DNA of 64,000 nt. It comes from Abditibacteriaceae bacterium. GTDB lineage: Bacteria > Armatimonadota > Abditibacteriia > Abditibacteriales > Abditibacteriaceae. The notes below the pieces were generated by a model that was not told the DNA's origin, made no database searches, and was given only the letters and a program-made list of their open reading frames with translations. The stretch is taken from contig OZ255721.1 of NCBI GenBank assembly GCA_965277285.1, forward strand, positions 1,056,001 to 1,120,000, written 5' to 3'. This document shows, piece after piece, positions 41,252-50,760 of this stretch. A program made the position numbers and the translations under genes. Position 1 is the stretch's first letter, and every line of letters starts with the position of its first letter.

Positions 41252-41531
41252 AGGAGTTCCAAATGAAACATCTAATGTGGCTTCTTTTTGGCCTCATAGT
41301 GTTTTTTGTAGTTGTAGTGCTGTTAGCATTTTAGAAAGGAAGAGCAGCCGGCCTGCGTGCTCGCCAACGAGGCACAATCCAGTCTTCTGTAAGCATCGGG
41401 ATGACTTCTAATCGAACCAGTGTGAAGTTGAAAGGCAGCACGGCATTGTTTGAGGTTTGAAATTTCAAGTTACGGTATGAACAGATGTTAGGCTGTTGCG
41501 CGTGGCTTGGCTGCCTGCTAAAAATTGAAGC

Positions 41532-42044
41532 ATGAAAATTACCATAGCCGAGTACTCGTCTGTATGGCCGCAGATATTTGAGGAAGAGAAAAAACAGCTT
41601 CAACGCGTTCTACCTGATTCGGCATCCATCGAACACGTTGGAAGTACATCAGTGCATGGATTAGCGGCGAAGCCCATCATTGACATCATGATCGGTTTAA
41701 CAGATTTTTCTCTGGCCGATTTGATGGTCCCAGAAGTCGAATCATTGGGATATGAATATATGTCTCAATGGGAAAATGAGATGCCGTACCGACGCTTCTT
41801 CAAGAAAGAGAATGCTGGTATTCGCACCCATCAAATTCATATGGTGACTATCGGCAGTGAGTTTTGGAACCGACATCTTGCGTTTCGGGATTACCTCAGA
41901 ACACATCAGAGTGTCGCTGAAGAATATGCAACTCTCAAACGCCAGTTAGCCAAGCAAGAGTGGCAGGACATGAACGATTATGCCGGAGCCAAAACCGATT
42001 TCATTCAAAGCGTAGAAGCCGAAGCGTCATCACAAGCAGCCTAA
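41532..42044 (+). CDS. GrpB / UPF0157 family protein
   Basis: IEHVGSTSVHGLAAKPIIDIM, FRDYLRTH, YAGAKT. Confidence 0.9.
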   Translation: MKITIAEYSSVWPQIFEEEKKQLQRVLPDSASIEHVGSTSVHGLAAKPIIDIMIGLTDFSLADLMVPEVESLGYEYMSQWENEMPYRRFFKKENAGIRTHQIHMVTIGSEFWNRHLAFRDYLRTHQSVAEEYATLKRQLAKQEWQDMNDYAGAKTDFIQSVEAEASSQAA

Positions 42045-42250
42045 CAAGCCGCCGCGCTCGCCGCTATATCCCCACAGAACAGCGAGTACTCATCATCGAG
42101 TACTCGTTTTGTCTTTGCCACATCCCAACTCGCGCTCCATCAGCGACACAAAGAACTTGGCCGTGCGGTAGAGAATCGAGATGAGCTTTTCGGTTCGGTT
42201 CATATTCGGGTACTCGATGCTCTACGCATTAGCTCTACTCATGCGTAGAG

Positions 42251-43429
42251 TTAGCCACCAATCGGTTCGTTGCCACCTGCGTTCACATTGGGCTGAGTGC
42301 CACTTGGCGACACGTTTTCACCGTTGCCAGTGACGCCGTCCCACAAAATGCTTTCCGGCGCGTCTTGGGCAAAGAGCGGGTTCAGTGCGACCAGCGCGCG
42401 GTTCTGTGCCATTTGTTCAGCGTCGATACGTTCATCGAAGGTCATCAACGAACTGACACCAATGGCGCTTGTTCCTTCGAGAGCGACCATGCGGTTCGTC
42501 AGATTAGCAATCGCCGCTTGCAAGTTGGTGATGTCGGTCGGATCAATGCCTGTGCCCGTTCCTGTGCTGCCACCGCCGATAAGGGCTTTTAGCCGCGTCT
42601 GCTTCACCCATTCCGGCTGAATAATGTCTTCATCTGTCGCATCAATCGACAATACGTGCGTCGCGTCCGAAACGACTTTGCCGATACATCCCGCGCCGCC
42701 GTTGGGCTTACTGCTTCGCCAATCGAGTACTTGTGGTTCGCCGTTATTGTCAAGCGACAATACGCCCCAGACCGTAGATGACGGAGGAACGTCTAATAAA
42801 ACATCATCCGATAAAACCAAATGCTTGCCGGTCACATAATACTCGGCGCCAGCAGGAAGTGTAATTTGTAGCACGCCCGTGACAACTGAGGGCGCGCCAA
42901 TCGTCGTGTCCAAACCCGCGACACGCCCGTTACCAAAGAGCCAGCCGAATCCGCGCACATCTAAATCACGCAGATCAGTGATTGTGCCATCGGCGCCAAT
43001 TTGCGCCAATAACAACGCGCTTGCAACGGCTTCTGCATCCACGCTTTCAGCAAGGATTTGCAGCGGCGCACCACGTAGCGAATCCTGAGTATTGCCCGCT
43101 GTCGGCGTTTGCAATGCTACATAAACAAGATACGCGCCGTCACCTGTGTAAGCCGGAACCGGCGTCTCGGCGGGCAACGTCGCGGCCACCAAGTAGCCTT
43201 GCTCGTTACGAATCAGCGCCGCGCCGCGAGCAACAACGAATGTGCCGTTGCCGCTCGATAAAACCAAAAGAGACGAAGCGTCGGGACTCGCCAAGACACC
43301 CGCGCCCTGCGCTTCCAACGCAATGGGTAGTTGCGACGCCAGAATGTCAGCACGACGATCCAAGTCAAGGGCATCTGGACTGGCGCCTTGAGAGTAATTG
43401 TTAATCAGGTTGTAAGGAACTGTTGGCAT
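42251..43429 (-). CDS. Hypothetical prophage tail/baseplate-like protein
   Basis: 392-aa ORF with RBS AAGGAG in the structural cluster. Confidence 0.65.
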   Translation of the reverse strand: MPTVPYNLINNYSQGASPDALDLDRRADILASQLPIALEAQGAGVLASPDASSLLVLSSGNGTFVVARGAALIRNEQGYLVAATLPAETPVPAYTGDGAYLVYVALQTPTAGNTQDSLRGAPLQILAESVDAEAVASALLLAQIGADGTITDLRDLDVRGFGWLFGNGRVAGLDTTIGAPSVVTGVLQITLPAGAEYYVTGKHLVLSDDVLLDVPPSSTVWGVLSLDNNGEPQVLDWRSSKPNGGAGCIGKVVSDATHVLSIDATDEDIIQPEWVKQTRLKALIGGGSTGTGTGIDPTDITNLQAAIANLTNRMVALEGTSAIGVSSLMTFDERIDAEQMAQNRALVALNPLFAQDAPESILWDGVTGNGENVSPSGTQPNVNAGGNEPIGG

Positions 43430-43471
43430 AAATTAAAACTCCTTCGAGTACTCGATTCATCAAAACAAACG

Positions 43472-43696
43472 TCACGTCGCGTATTTGCGTCCGCTATCAA
43501 AACTGTCAATGCCGCATCGCAAAAACGGCTCAAACTCGCCTGCTTCGTTGTAAGTGCCATTGAGTTGTGGCTCTCCAGGTGTGCCGGTGCGCGCGACGGC
43601 TTCTGCGCGGGCTTGTGCATTCTCAACAACTGACGGCACCTGCGCCAATACTTGCCTGATTGTCTCGTTTTGAACGTGCTTTTTCCGAATTAACAT
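43472..43696 (-). CDS. Small hypothetical prophage protein
   Basis: 74-aa ORF with a GGAGAGG RBS, between large cluster genes. Confidence 0.55.
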   Translation of the reverse strand: MLIRKKHVQNETIRQVLAQVPSVVENAQARAEAVARTGTPGEPQLNGTYNEAGEFEPFLRCGIDSFDSGRKYAT

Positions 43697-43708
43697 TTTG
43701 CCTCTCCT

Positions 43709-46225
43709 TTAGAAACCACTACCGGACAGTTCGCGCGCTATGATCGTCGTCTCCAAATGTTTCAAGGCATCTTCGCCCGAAAAATCCCAGTTATGATCAA
43801 CTTGCTTCACGCGCAATACAACGCCATCTAAACCGATAGTTTGATCACTTTTTGCGCGTTGCAGCTTGGGACTAATTTTCTTCCCCCAGTGAATTTTTGT
43901 ATTGCCACGCGGGAGCGTTATAGTCACGTCACGCGGAATCACGCCTTCAAACTCTTGCAACAACAACGTCGCCATCGTTTGCGCAAAACTCCCATCGACT
44001 GATTCGCCGATAAAATCATGATGGACAACGCGCGTGCGCAGCCAGCCCGCTTTTTCCGGTGAATTGGGATCGTCCGGCGAAACGCGCGCGCGCCCTGAGA
44101 AAAGCGATGGCATAAAGGCCGCTAATCCGTCCGCCGCCCGCCGTCCGCGAACGATGATTTGATTCAGTGCTTTATCAGTCAAAGAGCGCGCTTCAATTTT
44201 GTTGATGATGTTATTGGCGTCGCCTGGTTCGTAGATCGCGTCCGGTAAGACTAAAACGTTTTCGCCCATCGCCGCCAAAATAAGCCTCAAGCGGCCATAG
44301 ATCAACACGTTTCCGGTTTGGGGCGCCAGCGGACTGTGCCCAAAATACCGCACAGCGTTATCGTCTTTGGCGATCTGATCTGTCCAATCACTCCAGTAAG
44401 AATCGAATGGCGGTGGATATTGAAATTGACTTTGCAAGGTCAAAGTCATCGCCTTGTAGCCAGGCAAGTCATTATCAGCGCCCATCAACGGGTAAGTGCC
44501 TTGAGGCATAAATGCCATCGGGTCGCCGTTGCCGTTAATTTTGTCGGCCACATCCGAACCCAGTTCCACTTCCGCCAGATACTTGATTGCGTTGCCACCA
44601 AACAGAGGCCCGTTATTATCCGCATAAATGGAGTCGAGAGGCCCGTATTTTTCGTCAATGAGACCCGCCGGTTCTTTGACGCGGATCATTTTGTCATGCG
44701 CGATAATTTTTAAGGTTTGCGTATTGAAAGAAGGCGTCGCCATTGCAGGATCGAGGATATAGCCATCAAAAAGCCCTTCCCAATCCTCATAAACGATGTT
44801 TTGGCCGTCGTCGCTCAGATAGGCGTCGCGTGTATCTACGCGCAAGGGCCGGAATTGTCCGGTAGCGATTTGCCAGTCAGGAACCAAGTTTTTCAAAAGT
44901 GTACGGTCAAGCTCAACTTCGACTTGTGTTGTTGGCATTAAGTCGGGCTGTCCGCCACTATATTTCAAGGTTCGGCACGCCGGTCGCAAATCAATCACAT
45001 CGCTTTCGTTGCCGCTTTTGTCGCCTTTGAACGAGATAATGACATTGGCCAAGAAGGGAGTTTCGCGCCCATTGGTTTTCAACTGGGCTGCATACTCAAC
45101 ATAACCAGCTTGGCTCGACACTTCAAAAGTTGCTTTAGCTGTCGGCGTGTAATAGCCAGCATAAGCGACCTTGGGCGCAATCGTTCCTTTGTGCCGGAAC
45201 GATGTGCGCACGCGTCGAACAAAAGAACCAGAGCGGTTTTTGCCGCTTGTAGTTTTGTAATCGAGTACTCCGCCGCCGACGCCGACATCAACACCTTCGC
45301 TTGTCAGAACAACACGACCAGATGGCGCGTGAATTGGGTGTGACGTGTTGCTACCTCGTGGCACACTTGAGGGCACGTCCTGTGCGAAATGGCGCGTCAC
45401 ATCGCCTATCGTTACCAACATCCGTCCATCAACGTACTCGACTTGGAAAAGCGTTGGTGTCGAAAAATCTACATCGGCGGCGTCTCCAAAAACTTGCCAG
45501 CATTCCCACTGACCATTCAACTTGCGCTCTAATTGCGGCTTATTGATCTTACGGCCATTGACAACGCGCCATGTCACCGAATACAAACCATCGCACCATT
45601 GCAACCGCACGCCAGCATCGCCATCGTGTCCGCTCCAGATACCGGCAAAATCGAGATCAAGCGCAAAACCGTGTTTTTCATCAAGGGCGTGCTCTGTGTC
45701 GATTGCGAGTACTCGATTGGGAGACGAAACACGATGTCGAACGATGTTTCGATAGGGAACACGCGCCGGAACCAATGTTTCCCAGCTTTCGCCGAGTTTC
45801 GCCCGCCACTTCCATTCTTTGAGGCCGTTGTTCACTTTGGGGTCACCTGGCAAGCGTCGGTTTATGATGACGTTGCGCAACACATAACGCGATTTGACCG
45901 CGAAGCCAGTCACGGTTTTTGTTTTTGTGTCGCTGTGCTTGATTGCGGCATCAATACCTGAGAACACACCGCCCTCGCCAGTGAAGGCGAGAAACTCCAA
46001 AGTGCTGTCAATGCTCTCGAAAGCCCTTTGACCTTGCCATTGCAACGAACTAAGCGTCGGGTTATCGCTCTCGCTTTCAGGCTCGCCGCCGCTTCCACTG
46101 TCACCACTTTGCGGCAACAAATAACCACCTAAGACATCCTGCACACAAAAACTGTCGCCATTGATGGAATCAACCCAATCGCCTTTTTGAACCAGAATGC
46201 GCACTTGAGAGCCGAGTTTTTGCAT
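43709..46225 (-). CDS. Large tail hub/minor-tail-like protein
   Basis: 838 aa; LFDGYI...IIAHD, NQIIVRG and LRVKQVDHNWD patterns reminiscent of tail hub proteins. Confidence 0.6.
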   Translation of the reverse strand: MQKLGSQVRILVQKGDWVDSINGDSFCVQDVLGGYLLPQSGDSGSGGEPESESDNPTLSSLQWQGQRAFESIDSTLEFLAFTGEGGVFSGIDAAIKHSDTKTKTVTGFAVKSRYVLRNVIINRRLPGDPKVNNGLKEWKWRAKLGESWETLVPARVPYRNIVRHRVSSPNRVLAIDTEHALDEKHGFALDLDFAGIWSGHDGDAGVRLQWCDGLYSVTWRVVNGRKINKPQLERKLNGQWECWQVFGDAADVDFSTPTLFQVEYVDGRMLVTIGDVTRHFAQDVPSSVPRGSNTSHPIHAPSGRVVLTSEGVDVGVGGGVLDYKTTSGKNRSGSFVRRVRTSFRHKGTIAPKVAYAGYYTPTAKATFEVSSQAGYVEYAAQLKTNGRETPFLANVIISFKGDKSGNESDVIDLRPACRTLKYSGGQPDLMPTTQVEVELDRTLLKNLVPDWQIATGQFRPLRVDTRDAYLSDDGQNIVYEDWEGLFDGYILDPAMATPSFNTQTLKIIAHDKMIRVKEPAGLIDEKYGPLDSIYADNNGPLFGGNAIKYLAEVELGSDVADKINGNGDPMAFMPQGTYPLMGADNDLPGYKAMTLTLQSQFQYPPPFDSYWSDWTDQIAKDDNAVRYFGHSPLAPQTGNVLIYGRLRLILAAMGENVLVLPDAIYEPGDANNIINKIEARSLTDKALNQIIVRGRRAADGLAAFMPSLFSGRARVSPDDPNSPEKAGWLRTRVVHHDFIGESVDGSFAQTMATLLLQEFEGVIPRDVTITLPRGNTKIHWGKKISPKLQRAKSDQTIGLDGVVLRVKQVDHNWDFSGEDALKHLETTIIARELSGSGF

Positions 46226-46229
46226 GAGA

Positions 46230-47549
46230 TTAAGAGAGGTTCACCGCTTGCAGCGACTTTAGCCCGTCCGTTGATTCGAGTACTCGAAAATCGTTCCCAT
46301 CACGATAAGTCAAACGCAACCGATCTGCTGCGCATTCGAGCTTTGCGATGTCTTTAGTCGGAAGATTCACGCCCGTTGCCGTACTGATACGCGCTTTGTC
46401 GGACAGAACCCAACTGGCGCCCTGGCACTTGAGGACACAACGAATTATATCATTTTGATTGAGCAATTCGGACGCGGGTTTCGCGTTATCGACTTCGGTC
46501 ACAGCGCTTTGTCCATAAATGTAAAGGAGCGAACCATCTTCATTTGAAGCGGTCGCCAAAACGATCACGTTTTGCACAATATCCATAGCATTTGCCCACG
46601 TCTGCCCATCATCGACGGACACCAAAACTTCTAACCCGCCGCTATCCAAAATCGCTATTAAAATATCATTCAATCGATGCAGGTTCGCAAAGCGCGTTCG
46701 AGTACTCGTAACTGTCGAAATGTAATCATGCGAAGTGTCGCTAATGAGCGGAATATCGGCTGCTAAATGCCGCGTGCGCGCGCATTTAAGGGTTCCGGAA
46801 TCCAGATACAAAAACCAACTTTGACCGCTGCGCGGTTCCATCAGCGACACCGTGACGCTTAAAAGCGCGGACTTGTAAGAAAAACTATAACTCGCCTGGC
46901 GGTCTAAAGTCCCGTTTTGCCAGGTGTCGTGCACGACTTCAAAGAAAGCGCCTTCGGGAACCTCGCACAAATAATTGGCGCTTTCCCAATCCGCGAAGAA
47001 TTGATAAGTGCCGACCGTTGCCGCGCCTTCTTCCTGGAAAATCGTGAAACCTTCTTCGACGGCGTATTTCTGTGCGGGCGTTTCATTCGAGACATTGATC
47101 GGCGTATCGAGAAAGCGCCACGCGCCGCTTGCGCCATAGTCGGCGAGTTGTTGCGCAGTCGCGTTGTTGATGTCGGGCACCGTCGGGCAAGGCTGAACCT
47201 GACAAACGCTTGTTTGCTGCTTTCCTGAACCACCGTCGCCCAAAGGCTGCCATGTCACCAGACCGATGCCAGTGAGCGGATCGGCCAGCGCCGTGACGCG
47301 CGCCGTCCACTCCACGCTTTGCTCGAAGAGAATCGTTCCGACTGGTTTGCCGTTCACGTTGGTAGACGCGTCGGCGCGGATGCGATACGTCCAACTGCCC
47401 TTGATGTCTTTGGTCGCGGTCTGGCTGAAGTCGCCCAGAAAAACATTGACGATAAGCGCGTGTTTGATGCGAAAAGCGGACGCGCCAACCTGGATCGGCA
47501 GCAGGCCGGAACGCACGACAGTTGCGAAATCGGTGTAATGTTCGGGCAT
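46230..47549 (-). CDS. Hypothetical prophage protein with a BNR/Asp-box motif
   Basis: SVDDGQTW Asp-box; first gene of the cluster. Confidence 0.65.
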   Translation of the reverse strand: MPEHYTDFATVVRSGLLPIQVGASAFRIKHALIVNVFLGDFSQTATKDIKGSWTYRIRADASTNVNGKPVGTILFEQSVEWTARVTALADPLTGIGLVTWQPLGDGGSGKQQTSVCQVQPCPTVPDINNATAQQLADYGASGAWRFLDTPINVSNETPAQKYAVEEGFTIFQEEGAATVGTYQFFADWESANYLCEVPEGAFFEVVHDTWQNGTLDRQASYSFSYKSALLSVTVSLMEPRSGQSWFLYLDSGTLKCARTRHLAADIPLISDTSHDYISTVTSTRTRFANLHRLNDILIAILDSGGLEVLVSVDDGQTWANAMDIVQNVIVLATASNEDGSLLYIYGQSAVTEVDNAKPASELLNQNDIIRCVLKCQGASWVLSDKARISTATGVNLPTKDIAKLECAADRLRLTYRDGNDFRVLESTDGLKSLQAVNLS

Positions 47550-47771
47550 GGCGAGTACTCGACCAAGTTGTTTTTATTCTACTTCAAAACAAAGTGTGAG
47601 AAGATTCGAGGTTAAGGCGAACGTTGCGCGACTTTCAGCATCAAAAGGCAACAAAAATGCAAAATATGAGTCAAAAGCGGTCAACGACAGACAATGATAG
47701 ACAAATGGCATGAAACGTGTATAATTGTTTTACAACCGGTTTAAAACGGTTTAAATCCAGCAGGAGGAATT

Positions 47772-47960
47772 ATGGCAACCGCATTCAACCTAAACGACAA
47801 TCAGGAAGTCAACGAACAAAATCAGCTTGATGACAGATGTGCTTCCCGCCAATTGTCGGATCGCGACACTCAGCAGCTTGTTGCCAGCCTCCAGTCTCCA
47901 AAAAAGCCCGGGCCTGCACTGCGCCAGGCTGCGGAGAAATTCAAGAAGCGGTACTCGTAA
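47772..47960 (+). CDS. Short DUF1778/TacA-like antitoxin (C-terminal part only)
   Basis: LSDRD...LQSPKKPGPALRQA resembles the DUF1778 C-terminus; RBS AGGAGG; directly upstream of the GNAT gene. Confidence 0.6.
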   Translation: MATAFNLNDNQEVNEQNQLDDRCASRQLSDRDTQQLVASLQSPKKPGPALRQAAEKFKKRYS

Positions 47961-47963
47961 ACA

Positions 47964-48533
47964 GTGAGTACTCTTCACTTCATCGAGTTGATTACTCGTC
48001 AACACAACGTCAAAAAATTTGACTGTGGCGACGAAGAAGGTAACGAAACATTGAATCTTTATCTGAAAAGATTCGCGGTTCGCAATTCAACTCTCGATCT
48101 CAGCAAAACCTATGTCGCTGTTAATCTGGAAAACAAGGAAGTTCAAGGCTATTACACCTTATCGACAGGTGCAGTAGCCTTGTCTGCCTTGCCTGTAACT
48201 GCGGGTATGCCGCGCATTGTACCGAGCGTGCATCTTGGACGATTGGCCACAGATAAAACAGTTCAAGGTCAAGGATTAGGGTCTGACTTACTGATTCACG
48301 CCTTTAAAAAGGCTCTGGCGGTCTCCCGTCTGGTTGGAGCACGATTCGTCGAAGTTCATGCCTTGAACCAAAGGGCGCGGAGCTTTTACCTCAAACGCGA
48401 TTTCACGCCCTTCCTGGACGATGAGTTTCATCTTTATCTCGAAATAGCGAGCACCGTGAATTGGGACTGGAATAACCTCATTCGAGTACTCGATTTGTCT
48501 TTGCGCCATTTTCGGGCATGGCGTTTGAATTGA
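47964..48533 (+). CDS. GNAT-family (TacT/AtaT-like) toxin
   Basis: FDCG...LNLYL, GYYTLS, LGRLATDKTVQGQGLG, VHALNQRARSFY. Confidence 0.85.
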   Translation: MSTLHFIELITRQHNVKKFDCGDEEGNETLNLYLKRFAVRNSTLDLSKTYVAVNLENKEVQGYYTLSTGAVALSALPVTAGMPRIVPSVHLGRLATDKTVQGQGLGSDLLIHAFKKALAVSRLVGARFVEVHALNQRARSFYLKRDFTPFLDDEFHLYLEIASTVNWDWNNLIRVLDLSLRHFRAWRLN

Positions 48534-48811
48534 GTACTGGGAACGATGACTTAATTTTACTTCATTACACGGCGAGTTTCGCAAAGAAAATTATTGACAT
48601 TTTATATTTTCGTGTTATTTTCCTAAGTACGTACGTAGTACTGTTAGTACCAGGTACCTCGTACTATTACTTACACCCAGTACTATTACTTCTTAGGTAC
48701 CTCTACTCTTCTCTGACGCGCGAACATCGAAGGAACATCGCGCGAACGTACGCACGTTGTACGCGCTACAGTCGCGCGAACATCGCGCTACAGTCGATTT
48801 TCTCTCTTCCT

Positions 48812-49170
48812 TTACCGTTCGCATCGTTGTAACCGAATACGTTCTTTGTCGGATTCGCGCTTGCGAATGAGCGCACCTGCCCATTCTTCCCAATCGTGAA
48901 TCTGTCGGTGTCCGTCGTAATCATCATCCACGAAACCGCAAAAGATCAGCGCTTCGATGAACCGTGCTGGATTATCGAACCAGTAGGCACCTTCGGCGAT
49001 TATTTCGTCTTCTATCGGCAAGCGACCATCTGGCGCGTTGTCGATTGCCCAGGCCCAAAGAGCGGCAACGTGGCCGACGGCCTCCATTTTTGTCAAATCA
49101 AGGCGCGTTGCGAGGCGGTAAATCTTCCGATGCGTAAATAAGGTTGATCGACTTTAATCCATGCACACAT
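48812..49170 (-). pseudogene. Phage replication initiator-like protein, frameshifted
   Basis: MCAWIKVDQ in one frame, then LFTHRKIYRLA...LWAWAID...IHDWEEW in another; frameshift near 49140. Confidence 0.65.
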
Positions 49171-49373
49171 GAGTTAGCTCCTTTTGTTTTACAGCGCGAA
49201 ATTCGGCGATTCTGGCGCGAATGCCGCGCTTTCGTGACGCGGGTGAGACTTTGTTCGGGAACGGGTTTTATCAGCGCGTATGGCTAACCATACAGCTTTC
49301 AGGGAGCGGAAAACAACGGAGCGCAATAGAAATTGCTGCGCTCCGTTGAAAATAATCCCGGGACTATTTTCTG

Positions 49374-50627
49374 TCAGGCCACAAGTACCTCGCTCTCGTT
49401 CTTCATGTCCTGCATCACCTGCAGCCAGACCGATTCGGGCAAAGCCGTAAAAGCCTCCATGACTGCGTTTTGCACTTCGCGCTCGGTGGCCGTACCGCCG
49501 CTATGGAGATCGACGACGGCCATAAATGCGTAGGCTTGATCGATCGTAAGCTGAAACTCGGCCTCAATCCACAAGGCAAACTGTTCTTCGCTGAGAACGC
49601 CTTGTCCCCCACGCAGAGCGCGACCCATTTCCAATCCGTTGGCGGTCACGCTACGAAGTTTTTCGCGTATTATCGAGACCTTGATGCCGCTCCAACGGAA
49701 CGCTTTCAAAGCCTCAATCGGCACACCGAACGAATCCAATTGAAACGTTAGCATCTGGAACGGCACCGGCTCTTTGGTGGTGGTTTTTTCGCCGCTGCCC
49801 TGCCAGAACACATCAACCGAATACAACTGTGGAAAGTCAGCGTCAGGACGAAGCCAGACCATCAATGGCCGCGTTGGATCGGGTTCGTCGTTTTCCTGGA
49901 TCGCCCCGTTCAGGCCGTGATATTCCGTCGTGCCATCAAACACCACTCCGGCTTCGGTCAGAACGTCAATGGGGAACTGCGCGGCAAATGCTGGTGATTC
50001 CCACGGCATCTTGATTTGATCGAGTTCAACCTCTCCGACAGTGCCGACGCGCGGTGTTTCGATGTCGCTTCGAGTACTCGATGTTTGCAAATGGCGCCCG
50101 ATGTTGGCCGTGTTCATCGTCGCCGTCGTGCCGTGTTTTGTCGTGTATTCCCGTTCGCTCACCTGTAAACGTTTACAGGTGACACGCAATTCTTCATCGT
50201 CGTTGATGACCTGATAAACGAACGGTCGGGACACTTTGGCATGGTTCGCAATGCCGGAAATGCCCATGCTTGACCACTTTTTAAGCAGTGCTGTGACCTG
50301 GGCGCGCTTGGTCTTGGGAGAACGCGGCAAACCGTGTTCGGCGTTGTCACCCGCGCCGTAAAACTCGGCATCGTCGCGGCTTCCGTTGCGCACATCGGCT
50401 TCGATTTCCCTGAGGTCTTTGCGAACGCGCGCTTCGATGCGATGGTCTCCTCCACCCATCCACAGCGTTCCATCCGCGTCACGAAACACCACAATTGGCG
50501 GCAAGTGGTCGCCACGCTCGATGGCTTCGATCAGGTTTTGAACGTGCGTTTCGTTCAGTTCGGCGCGGAACTGGGCGCCGCTGTCACGGCGAATCTGGCT
50601 GATCTTCAACGTCTGAATCTTGGACAT
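49374..50627 (-). CDS. ParB-like N-terminal domain protein with HTH
   Basis: LPPIVVF...GGDHRIEA, NAEHGLPR, IANHAKVSRPFV; RBS AAGGAG before ATG 50627. Confidence 0.75.
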   Translation of the reverse strand: MSKIQTLKISQIRRDSGAQFRAELNETHVQNLIEAIERGDHLPPIVVFRDADGTLWMGGGDHRIEARVRKDLREIEADVRNGSRDDAEFYGAGDNAEHGLPRSPKTKRAQVTALLKKWSSMGISGIANHAKVSRPFVYQVINDDEELRVTCKRLQVSEREYTTKHGTTATMNTANIGRHLQTSSTRSDIETPRVGTVGEVELDQIKMPWESPAFAAQFPIDVLTEAGVVFDGTTEYHGLNGAIQENDEPDPTRPLMVWLRPDADFPQLYSVDVFWQGSGEKTTTKEPVPFQMLTFQLDSFGVPIEALKAFRWSGIKVSIIREKLRSVTANGLEMGRALRGGQGVLSEEQFALWIEAEFQLTIDQAYAFMAVVDLHSGGTATEREVQNAVMEAFTALPESVWLQVMQDMKNESEVLVA

Positions 50628-50645
50628 CGCTGTCTCCTTTGGGTT

Positions 50646-50719
50646 GCCTATCCTGTAGTCGACTACAGGATAGGCGCTGGTTTTGAGTGTTCTCACTTGT
50701 AAACGTTTACAAGTGAGAA
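50646..50719. promoter_or_regulatory. Two tandem 30-bp perfect palindromes (operator/parS-like)
   Basis: GCCTATCCTGTAGTCGACTACAGGATAGGC and TTCTCACTTGTAAACGTTTACAAGTGAGAA upstream of the ParB-like gene. Confidence 0.7.
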
Positions 50720-50760
50720 AGCGGATTATGAATCGTTGGGGTAAAATGAGAGTATTGGAT

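Noticed and set aside
29277..47549. Diversity-generating retroelement or invertible tail-fibre switch
   Set aside because: I saw no reverse transcriptase, template/variable repeat pair or invertase; fibre similarity is at the protein-module level only.
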